A stretch of 44,670 nucleotides of DNA, taken from positions 1-44,670 of the forward strand of contig JBEKHC010000035.1 of the NCBI GenBank assembly GCA_050012475.1. Direction: 5' to 3'. The DNA is from Candidatus Velthaea sp. (GTDB lineage: Bacteria > Vulcanimicrobiota > Vulcanimicrobiia > Vulcanimicrobiales > Vulcanimicrobiaceae). Under the pieces are notes generated by a model. It was not told where the DNA came from. It was given only the letters and a program-made list of their open reading frames with translations, and did not search any database. Every line of letters starts with the position of its first letter. Within the stretch, counting starts at the first letter, position 1. A program made the position numbers and the translations under genes. Below, piece by piece: positions 38,232 to 44,670 of the stretch.

Positions 38232-39380
38232 TTGCGCGGTCCGGTTCTGTTTCTCTCCGCGCGCGTCGGCGTCGGTCACACCGCCGCCGCCGATGCCGTT
38301 CGGGCCGAACTTGCCGTGCGCGGCATCCCCGGCGAGACCGTCGACTCGTATCGCTACGCAGCATCGATTTTTTCCAAAGTCGTCAGCGACGGGTACATCG
38401 GCATGGTGCGCACCGTGCCGCACGTCTACGGCTACATCTACGACCGCGCCGAGCGGGTCAAGCAGGCCGGCGGTTTTCGCGTCTGGGCTGCCGAGTTCAC
38501 CGCGCGTAATTTGCAGACGCTCATCACGCGCATGCAACCCAGCGTCGTCGTCTGCACGCATGCCTTTTCATGTAACGCGATGTCGGCCTATAAACGCTTG
38601 TACAACCCGGCGCTGCCCGTCGTGGGCGTCATCACCGACTTCGTCGTCCACCCGTTTTGGATTTACCAGAACGTCGATGCGTATGCGGTCGCCACGCCGG
38701 AGATGCGCGGCGAACTCATCGAACGCGGCATCGAACCGGAACGGATTCGGATCGACGGCATACCAGTGGATATGCGGTTTGCCGACCGGTCGCGGTCGCG
38801 CGATGTCATTCGCCGCCAACTCGGACTGCCGCTCGATCGGCCCGTCGTGCTCGTGATGGGGGGCGGCCTGGGCCTGGGGCCGGTGTCGACGACGACTCGC
38901 GCGCTGGCCCGTTTGGGCCCCGATCTGACCGTCGTCGTGATCGGCGGCCGCAACGCGCGCCTGCAGCGCATCGTGCGCGAGGCTGCCAAGGCGTATCCCT
39001 ACGACACGCGCATTCTCGGATTCGTGGACAACGTCGTCGACTACATGTTGGCCAGCGACGTGCTGCTCACCAAGCCGGGCGGATTGACGACCTCCGAAGC
39101 GTTGAGCGCCGAGCTGCCAATGATCCTGGTGACCCCGCTGCCGGGTCAGGAAGAGCGCAACGCCAGCTACCTCGCGCGGTGCGGCGCCGCACTGCGGCCC
39201 CCCAAAGGCGGCGACATCGCGGCTGCCGTTTCCGCCGTGCTTCACGACCCCGCGCGTGCCGCACGCCTGCGGACGGCGGCGGCTCGCCTGCGCACGCCCA
39301 ATGCCGCTGCGACGATCGCCGATCGAATCGACCGGATCGCGACGCGTTCGTTAGCAGGCACCGTCCGCGCTCGCGAATAA
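38232..39380 (+). CDS. Diacylglycerol glycosyltransferase (MGDG synthase / UgtP-like, GT28)
   Basis: SARVGVGHTAAA, VVCTH, VITDF..HPFW, GIPV, VMGGGLG, TKPGGLTTSEAL, PLPGQEERNA. Confidence 0.9.
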   Translation: MRGPVLFLSARVGVGHTAAADAVRAELAVRGIPGETVDSYRYAASIFSKVVSDGYIGMVRTVPHVYGYIYDRAERVKQAGGFRVWAAEFTARNLQTLITRMQPSVVVCTHAFSCNAMSAYKRLYNPALPVVGVITDFVVHPFWIYQNVDAYAVATPEMRGELIERGIEPERIRIDGIPVDMRFADRSRSRDVIRRQLGLPLDRPVVLVMGGGLGLGPVSTTTRALARLGPDLTVVVIGGRNARLQRIVREAAKAYPYDTRILGFVDNVVDYMLASDVLLTKPGGLTTSEALSAELPMILVTPLPGQEERNASYLARCGAALRPPKGGDIAAAVSAVLHDPARAARLRTAAARLRTPNAAATIADRIDRIATRSLAGTVRARE

Positions 39381-39391
39381 TGGCGACTGCC

Positions 39392-39480
39392 GGAGAGATG
39401 GCCGAGCGGCTGAAGGCGACGGTTTGCTAAATCGTTATACGGATAACACCGTATCGAGGGTTCGAATCCCTCTCTCTCCT
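39392..39480 (+). tRNA. tRNA-Ser(GCT)
   Basis: GGAGAGA acceptor; ACGGT-TT-GCT-AA-ATCGT; long variable arm; GAGGGTTCGAATCCCTC. Confidence 0.95.
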
Positions 39481-39571
39481 GTGTTGCTCTCCGTTCGCGG
39501 CGAGCGCAGCAGGGAACATGACGGGAGCGTTGTAACAAGCCAGGTCGCCGGCTCGCAAACGGCGCAACGAT

Positions 39572-39645
39572 GCGGTCGTAGCTCAATTGGATAGAGCAAC
39601 AGGCTACGAACTTGTAGGTTGGGGGTTCGAGTCCCTCCGACCGCG
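39572..39645 (+). tRNA. tRNA-Arg(ACG)
   Basis: GCGGTCG acceptor; ACAGG-CT-ACG-AA-CTTGT; GGGGGTTCGAGTCCCTC. Confidence 0.95.
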
Positions 39646-39732
39646 TTTGTGTGGAATCCGGCCGATTCATGCCGGATTGCGAGCGTTCCGGGAAGCGCTG
39701 CAGGCGGGGCAGAATCTCGTCGAACGACCCGT

Positions 39733-39804
39733 GGCTCGGTAGCTCAGCGGTAGAGCGGGGGACTCATAAGCCCTAGGTCGTAGGTTCAAATCCTACCCGA
39801 GTCA
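39733..39804 (+). tRNA. tRNA with CAT anticodon, probably elongator tRNA-Met (Ile2 not excluded)
   Basis: GGCTCGG acceptor with paired G1-C72, so not initiator; GGGGA-CT-CAT-AA-GCCCT; GTAGGTTCAAATCCTAC. Confidence 0.9.
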
Positions 39805-40018
39805 CATCGACGACGATCACGGAGATGCGCTTCGCGCGTGTCCCTTTTTTTGTCTCAACTGCCGCCGGTCGAAGCCGGTCAAAGGGCTCGGTAAACGGGG
39901 ACGCTAATTCGAGGCTTTCCGGACGACGGACACCGCTCTTGCATCTTATCGTAGTGCTTCGGGGGTCTTCAGACAGAGTCGGAACGTTGCTCCGGCAATT
40001 TATTCTTGAGGTATAGCG

Positions 40019-40264
40019 ATGTCTACGATCCCCTGCGATTTCTGTCCACACCCAGTCGACCGGGGACAAATGGAAGAGATCGAGATTTCGCACTACGTTC
40101 CGGACAGTTCGGGCGACGATCTCGCTTATGCGCGCACCTATTTCTTCGGCCACCCGGATTGCGTGCGCAAGTTTTATCGTGGACTCGTCGAGCACAAGCT
40201 CGATCTCTTCAAGCATATTCCCAGTTCGTCCGCGCCGGTGCCCGGCGAAGAGAAGGGCTCCTAA
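40019..40264 (+). CDS. Small hypothetical protein with CxxC...HxxC putative zinc site
   Basis: SD GAGGT; MSTIPCDFC...YFFGHPDCVRKF. Confidence 0.7.
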   Translation: MSTIPCDFCPHPVDRGQMEEIEISHYVPDSSGDDLAYARTYFFGHPDCVRKFYRGLVEHKLDLFKHIPSSSAPVPGEEKGS

Positions 40265-40291
40265 GCGGTACGCCGGAACGGGCGTCCGCGC

Positions 40292-40365
40292 GCTCCCGTA
40301 GCTCAATTGGATAGAGTACCGCCCTCCGAAGGCGGGGGTTGCCCGTTCGAGCCGGGCCGGGAGCA
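40292..40365 (+). tRNA. tRNA-Arg(CCG)
   Basis: GCTCCCG acceptor; CCGCC-CT-CCG-AA-GGCGG; GCCCGTTCGAGCCGGGC. Confidence 0.95.
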
Positions 40366-40366
40366 C

Positions 40367-40882
40367 GATTCTGGCGACGAGCGGTACCTCCGGCGCGCGC
40401 TCGCTTTGGCGCAGGAAGCCGCGAGCGCGGGCGAGGTGCCCATCGGCGCGGTTCTCGTCGCCGGCGGCCGCGTCTTCGAGGCGCGCAACGAGAAAGAGCG
40501 TCGACCCGATCCGACCGCTCATGCCGAGATCCTTGCAATTCGCGCGGCGGCGCAGGCGCTCAGGACGTGGCGGATCGGGGGCACGCTGTATGTGACCAAG
40601 GAGCCGTGCTCGATGTGCGCCGGCGCGATTGCCGGAGCCCGAATCGAACGGCTCGTGTTCGGCTGCGTCGACCCCAAGGGCGGTGCGGCGGGGGGCGTCA
40701 TCGACGTGCTGGGGTCACCGGCGGTCAACCACCGCGTGATCGTCACCAGCGGCGTCTTGCAGGCCGAGACGGCCCGGCAGTTGCGCGACTACTTTCGCGC
40801 CAAGCGAACCACCGGTCTCGAACCGCCGGAGTCCAACGTACCGTTCGCCGAGGGTTTTCCCGGACTCGACGCCGTCCGATAG
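40367..40882 (+). CDS. tadA: tRNA adenosine(34) deaminase; start codon unresolved
   Basis: DERYLRRALALA..GEVPIGAV, DPTAHAE, TKEPCSMCAGAI, DPKGGA, LRDYFR; near its substrate tRNA-Arg(ACG). Confidence 0.9.
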   Translation, partial: DSGDERYLRRALALAQEAASAGEVPIGAVLVAGGRVFEARNEKERRPDPTAHAEILAIRAAAQALRTWRIGGTLYVTKEPCSMCAGAIAGARIERLVFGCVDPKGGAAGGVIDVLGSPAVNHRVIVTSGVLQAETARQLRDYFRAKRTTGLEPPESNVPFAEGFPGLDAVR

Positions 40883-40893
40883 GCCGGTACACT

Positions 40894-40980
40894 AGGAAAG
40901 GGGGAGATTCGAACTCCCGGTCCCCGTAAAGGGACTCCTGATTTCGAGTCAGGTGCAATCGGCCGCTCTGCCACCTTTCC
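40894..40980 (-). tRNA. tRNA-Ser(CGA)
   Basis: GGAAAGG acceptor; CCTGA-CT-CGA-AA-TCAGG; long variable arm; GGGAGTTCGAATCTCCC. Confidence 0.95.
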
Positions 40981-41235
40981 GCCAGCCTGCATTCTTAGAG
41001 CGTCTCCCCAGGGCCTGTTCAGGCAAAAAGGCCGGTCGAACGGCGGTCTCAGCAAGGATGCTGTTGCTTCTTCGTGTATTATGCGGCACTGCGAGCGCGG
41101 AAATTTCTTCCGTACGGGAGGCGCCCGAAACCGCGATTCATCTAAAAGGGCGCAACCCTTCATCCAAAATTCGTACGGTTTTTACAAATTGTCTGTCACT
41201 ACCGCGAGTTGTTAATTTAGGGGGATCTTCGATTC

Positions 41236-41829
41236 ATGGCTACACGAACTGTGTCAGTGCCGTCGATGCCGGCGGCTAAAGTTTTACCAGTGATCGATAC
41301 GAGCGTAGCGGATCCGGCTCCGCTCGGGCTCGCCGCATTCGCACTCACTACTTTCGTTCTTTCGTGCTGCAACGCCGGATTGATCGGCAAAGGCGGCGAT
41401 TTCGTCGTGCTGGGCGTGGCCCTAGCGTACGGCGGTGCCGCGCAATTTGCGGCCGGCATGTGGGAGTATAAGCGCAACAACGTCTTCGGCGCGACGGCGT
41501 TCACGTCGTACGGCGCGTTCTGGATTTCCTTCGCGCTCTTGGTAACGTTTTACGTCGGCAAGTTGCCGCCTGAGACCGTGCCTGCCGCGATTGGGACGTT
41601 TCTGTTGGCCTGGGGCATCTTCAGTATCTACATGACCCTTGGAGCAGCCAAGGTGAGCGTTCCGCTGTTGGTCGTGTTCGTGCTGTTGGACATCACCTTC
41701 TTGCTGCTTGCCTTCGGCGCGTATGCGGGGATGAGCGGTCTGAGCCATCTGGGCGGATACTTCGGCATCGCTACGGCAGTGGCCGCATGGTACACCGCCG
41801 CGAAGGGCATGCTCGCACAAATGCGGTGA
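41236..41829 (+). CDS. satP: Acetate uptake transporter (GPR1/FUN34/SatP family)
   Basis: ADPAPLGLAAFALTT, YGGAAQF.AG, N.FGATAFTSYGAFW, six TM segments. Confidence 0.92.
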   Translation: MATRTVSVPSMPAAKVLPVIDTSVADPAPLGLAAFALTTFVLSCCNAGLIGKGGDFVVLGVALAYGGAAQFAAGMWEYKRNNVFGATAFTSYGAFWISFALLVTFYVGKLPPETVPAAIGTFLLAWGIFSIYMTLGAAKVSVPLLVVFVLLDITFLLLAFGAYAGMSGLSHLGGYFGIATAVAAWYTAAKGMLAQMR

Positions 41830-41832
41830 TCG

Positions 41833-42123
41833 CTTGGCCGGACGTTGTCCGGCCAAGAATAACGACGACCGGGGATCCGTCGAGCGGGGTGCGGCGGATT
41901 CCATCCGGACGATATGGGTCCGTTTCCGTTTCGCTCGACGAATCCAAAGGATTGCGGCTACGCCGCAATCCTTTGCGTTTGGGTGCCCAAGCCGCAGGGT
42001 TCGGGCGGGCGGGCGGGCGGGCGTACCGAGCGCAGCCGAGGGCGCCCATCCGAGCGAAGCAAAGGGCGCCCGTCCGAGAGAAGCCGATGGCGCCCATCCG
42101 AGCGAAGCCGAGGGGCGCCATCC
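41833..42123. repeat. Intergenic hairpin cluster, (GGGC)5 run and four 24-bp tandem repeats
   Basis: TTGGCCGGAC/GTCCGGCCAA and CAAAGGATTGCGGC-tac-GCCGCAATCCTTTG hairpins; CCGAGCGAAGCCGAGGGCGCCCAT-like units at 42026, 42050, 42074, 42098. Confidence 0.85.
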
Positions 42124-42156
42124 ATGTCATGGTTTGTTCGACAAGTCGGATACGTG

Positions 42157-42924
42157 CTAGGGAGTGGGTCGCGGCAACGGGACGGCCGTTGGCGAAGCCA
42201 GCAACTTGGGGTCCGCCGGCGCGAGCGGAAACGAAAAGTTGTCGAAGGTCGCATTGACCGTAAAGTGCGTCTGCCCGATGTGGAATGGCGCGAAGAAGGT
42301 TCGCGTGTAATACACGTGACTCACCAGCCAATGCGTTTGAACCGTCGTATAGTCGATGGTGAATTCGACGTCGTCGTGGCCCGTATACGTTACGCGGAGC
42401 GGCAGATTGGTGGCCGTGTCGATGTACACCTCGTGCAGGTAGAAGTCCGAGTTGTTATTGGTCGTTAACGCCCGCAGCGGTTCCATGATCAAATGGGCTT
42501 TGGTATCCGTCGAGTCCTCGGCATAATGCGCGTAATAATTGCGCAGCGTCGTCGCGACGACCGTCACGCCGGGGGTTGTTGCGTGCGGAGCCGAAAACGT
42601 GATCGGTGCGTAGGTCGTGACGTGCGAAAGCAGATTCCGATGCTGCGCGCCGTTGTAATCGATGCGGAAATACGACAGCGCATCGAATGTGGGAATGAGC
42701 GGAAAGCTTTGACCGTATTGCCGTTGTCCGCGCGGCAGGTCTTGCAGGACGGCGAAGTCGTCGGCCGTGCGCGTTTCGACCGCGCGCTCCACGGTCTTGT
42801 GCTTCTTGAGCGCGGGGACGTCGATGTCCGCGACCGTGTGGTAGGCCAAATACGGCGGCGGCTGCCGATATTGCTCGGCAGCAGCGTTAGCGGCAAGGCG
42901 AAAAAGCACGTCGGCGGCGACCAT
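42157..42924 (-). CDS. Hypothetical beta-rich protein
   Basis: 255-aa ORF with coding-like codon usage; TAGACT 6 nt before ATG and no SD suggests a leaderless transcript. Confidence 0.7.
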   Translation of the reverse strand: MVAADVLFRLAANAAAEQYRQPPPYLAYHTVADIDVPALKKHKTVERAVETRTADDFAVLQDLPRGQRQYGQSFPLIPTFDALSYFRIDYNGAQHRNLLSHVTTYAPITFSAPHATTPGVTVVATTLRNYYAHYAEDSTDTKAHLIMEPLRALTTNNNSDFYLHEVYIDTATNLPLRVTYTGHDDVEFTIDYTTVQTHWLVSHVYYTRTFFAPFHIGQTHFTVNATFDNFSFPLAPADPKLLASPTAVPLPRPTP

Positions 42925-43010
42925 GCCAGTAGTCTACGAAAACGCCGACCGAAATCTCTTTCTGCGGCACCGGAAGGGGCAGCTTGCGCCGGGCGGCAAG
43001 TCGTGCGCGT

Positions 43011-43436
43011 ATGGATCCCAAATATGTCATTCGCGAACAAATCGACCTCACGCTGGCGGGTGCGCAAGCGATCGTCTTGGCGGCGATCGCCAAAGCACGT
43101 GAAATCGAGGTCGACGAGTGTATCGCGGTGGTCGACCGCGGCGGCACGCTCGTCGCCTTCGCGCGCATGGATCGCGCCCGCATTGGCTCGAACCACATCG
43201 CGCTCACCAAAGCGGTTTCCGCCGCGACGCGGCGCCGGCCGACCGCCGAAGAGAATGCGGGTGACGTCGAGCTCGGCATCCGGTTGGCCATCGCTGCCGA
43301 CGGTGCCGTGACGAACATCGGCGGGGGGTTGCCGATCGTCGTCGACGGGCAAGTCGTCGGCGGGATCGGCGTCAGCTCGGGAACCGTCGACGATGACATC
43401 GTCGTGGCCCAGGCCGGACTGGTGCCCCTTGTTTAG
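43011..43436 (+). CDS. GlcG/HbpS family heme-binding protein
   Basis: IAVVDRGG.LVAFARMD, IA.TKA.SA, GGLPIVVDGQVVGGIGVS.GT..DD. Confidence 0.9.
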   Translation: MDPKYVIREQIDLTLAGAQAIVLAAIAKAREIEVDECIAVVDRGGTLVAFARMDRARIGSNHIALTKAVSAATRRRPTAEENAGDVELGIRLAIAADGAVTNIGGGLPIVVDGQVVGGIGVSSGTVDDDIVVAQAGLVPLV

Positions 43437-43550
43437 CCGGATTCGACTGCGCGCAATCCATGGCGTTTGCGCTGCGCGCAAGCCGCGTGGCGTTTGCGGC
43501 TACGCCGAACCCGTGGCGTTTGGCGCTTCGCGCCGACCCGCGCGTGGCGC
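43437..43550. repeat. REP-like cluster of short hairpins
   Basis: Three TGGCGTTTG units followed by GCGCTGCGCGC, GCGGCTACGCCG and GGCGCTTCGCGCC; related to 33680-33764. Confidence 0.65.
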
Positions 43551-43562
43551 GGAGTTATCGCG

Positions 43563-43985
43563 GTGAGGGGCATCAAGGCATTCGAGGAGTTCGTCGTCGG
43601 CGACAGCGCGGTTTTCAGTAAGACCATCACCGAGGCCGAGATCCTGTTGTTCTCCGGGGTCAGCGGCGATACGTACGGTTTGCACGTGGACGAAGAGTAC
43701 GCCAAGACCACGCGCTTCGGTCGCCGCATCGCGCACGGAATGTTGTCCGCCAGTCTGCTCTCCACGGTTCACGCGCTGCTGCTGCAGCGTCCCGGCGGGC
43801 TGTACGTCTCGCAAGCCGTACGCTTCCTGCGTCCGGTTTTTATCGGCGACACGTTGACGGCCCGCGCGGAAGTCGTCGAATTGCTGCCGCAGAAGCGGCG
43901 TATGCGCTGCCTGACGACGATCGTCAACCAGCGCGGTAAAACGGTGATCGACGGCGAGTCCATCGTTCAAAAGGACCCGCACTGA
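43563..43985 (+). CDS. MaoC family dehydratase / (R)-enoyl-CoA hydratase
   Basis: KTITEAEI..FSGVSGD...LHVDEEYA..TRFGRRIAHGML, FLRPVFIGDT; GTG after GGAG. Confidence 0.92.
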   Translation: MRGIKAFEEFVVGDSAVFSKTITEAEILLFSGVSGDTYGLHVDEEYAKTTRFGRRIAHGMLSASLLSTVHALLLQRPGGLYVSQAVRFLRPVFIGDTLTARAEVVELLPQKRRMRCLTTIVNQRGKTVIDGESIVQKDPH

Positions 43986-44229
43986 GTGTCCGGGCTCATA
44001 AAGAGAGTGAGAGTCGCGAACCGGCTCTCCGCCCGCTGCTGCGTTGCTCATCGGTCACAACGGCGTTGGTCCCTCTTCGCGCCTCGCCGCGGACGAAGAT
44101 CTGGTCCGCTTTGTGTCGCCCTATTGATGAACCGGGACACTGATTCCGTGCCGGCCATCTGAGCCGCGGCACGGCTGCGGCTGAGATGAGATTCATGAGC
44201 CCAAGGCCGGATCGAAACGGCTGTTTTGC

Positions 44230-44670
44230 GTGTTCGATGTCTTTCCCGACAACCCCGACGACTCCGAAGCGTCGGCGGTCGGCAACTCGCGCGCATCGTT
44301 CGAACGCGTCCTGCGAACCGGAACAGGCGATACGATGGCCGTCCAGCAGCACGACATCCGCCGCCCGGACGCGGAGGGCGGCGGATTCGAAGAGCGCTTT
44401 TGGAGCCCGCATAACGCACCGGTTTTCGACCGGCGCTTGAACCTCGTTTACATTTTGCACAGCGTCGATAACGTTACCGAGTTCGTGCAGATCCAAAGGC
44501 ATCGGTCCGAGCAAGGAAAACCGACGGACGAGCTGCGGGAGCGGGTCGACATGATGCAGGCGCAGATCTACGTTCGGGCGCAGGAGATTTCTCGCGCGAA
44601 CGAACAACTGCGCGAGGCAAACGCCGAACTGAATCGCCTCTACCACAAGACAAAAGAACTCGACGAACTC
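44230..44670 (+). CDS. PAS-domain sensor, probably a histidine kinase; runs off the window and appears 5'-truncated
   Basis: My translation: VFDVFPDNPDD..RASFERV..DTMAVQQHDIRRP..GGGFEERFWSP.NAPV..ILHSVDNVTEFV, then coiled coil to KTKELDEL; in-frame TGA at 44182. Confidence 0.75.
   Translation, partial: MFDVFPDNPDDSEASAVGNSRASFERVLRTGTGDTMAVQQHDIRRPDAEGGGFEERFWSPHNAPVFDRRLNLVYILHSVDNVTEFVQIQRHRSEQGKPTDELRERVDMMQAQIYVRAQEISRANEQLREANAELNRLYHKTKELDEL

Noticed and set aside
39885..39920. c-di-GMP-I riboswitch, from GGTAAAC..GGGACGC
   Set aside because: No GNRA-capped stem between the two motifs and no matching downstream stem
42026..42121. CRISPR array
   Set aside because: 24-bp head-to-tail repeats without spacers
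42962..43000. SRP RNA, from CCGGAAGGGGCAGC
   Set aside because: Lacks the upstream CAGG half of the helix-8 motif and a long enclosing stem; sits in an 86-nt divergent promoter gap

Overview
GC-rich bacterial chromosome segment. A TonB-dependent receptor alongside a Bacillota-like yceD-rpmF-fab-ffh-rpsP-khpA-rimM cluster and a DUF1292-like gene suggests Candidatus Eremiobacterota/Vulcanimicrobiota (inference only). Left to right: end of a phosphoesterase gene; a beta-propeller lipoprotein; a TonB-dependent receptor preceded by a membrane-protein ORF ending in an RGPP arrest-like motif; a decayed island beside tRNA-Ala (triple tail-collar pseudogene, serine recombinase remnant, NHL fragment, broken tyrosine integrase); prolyl oligopeptidase; an orphan gene; tRNA-Ile; three small orphans, two of them paralogous helical proteins; fatty-acid synthesis, SRP and ribosome genes with a repeat-rich spacer; a divergently split Liv-type ABC transporter; aminopeptidase P; 2-oxoacid:ferredoxin oxidoreductase; MscS; two glycosyltransferases; five tRNAs with tadA; SatP, GlcG-like and MaoC genes; and a truncated PAS kinase. 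Best leads: (1) a probable ribosome-stalling switch, where the RGP codons can pair with the receptor's Shine-Dalgarno sequence; (2) an extreme local G/T third-position skew around a palindrome and tandem-repeat element; (3) a paralogous pair resembling filament subunits; (4) several genes with no canonical start codon; (5) a recurring SigH-like promoter motif. No database searches or folding computations were run; product calls come from motif recognition.
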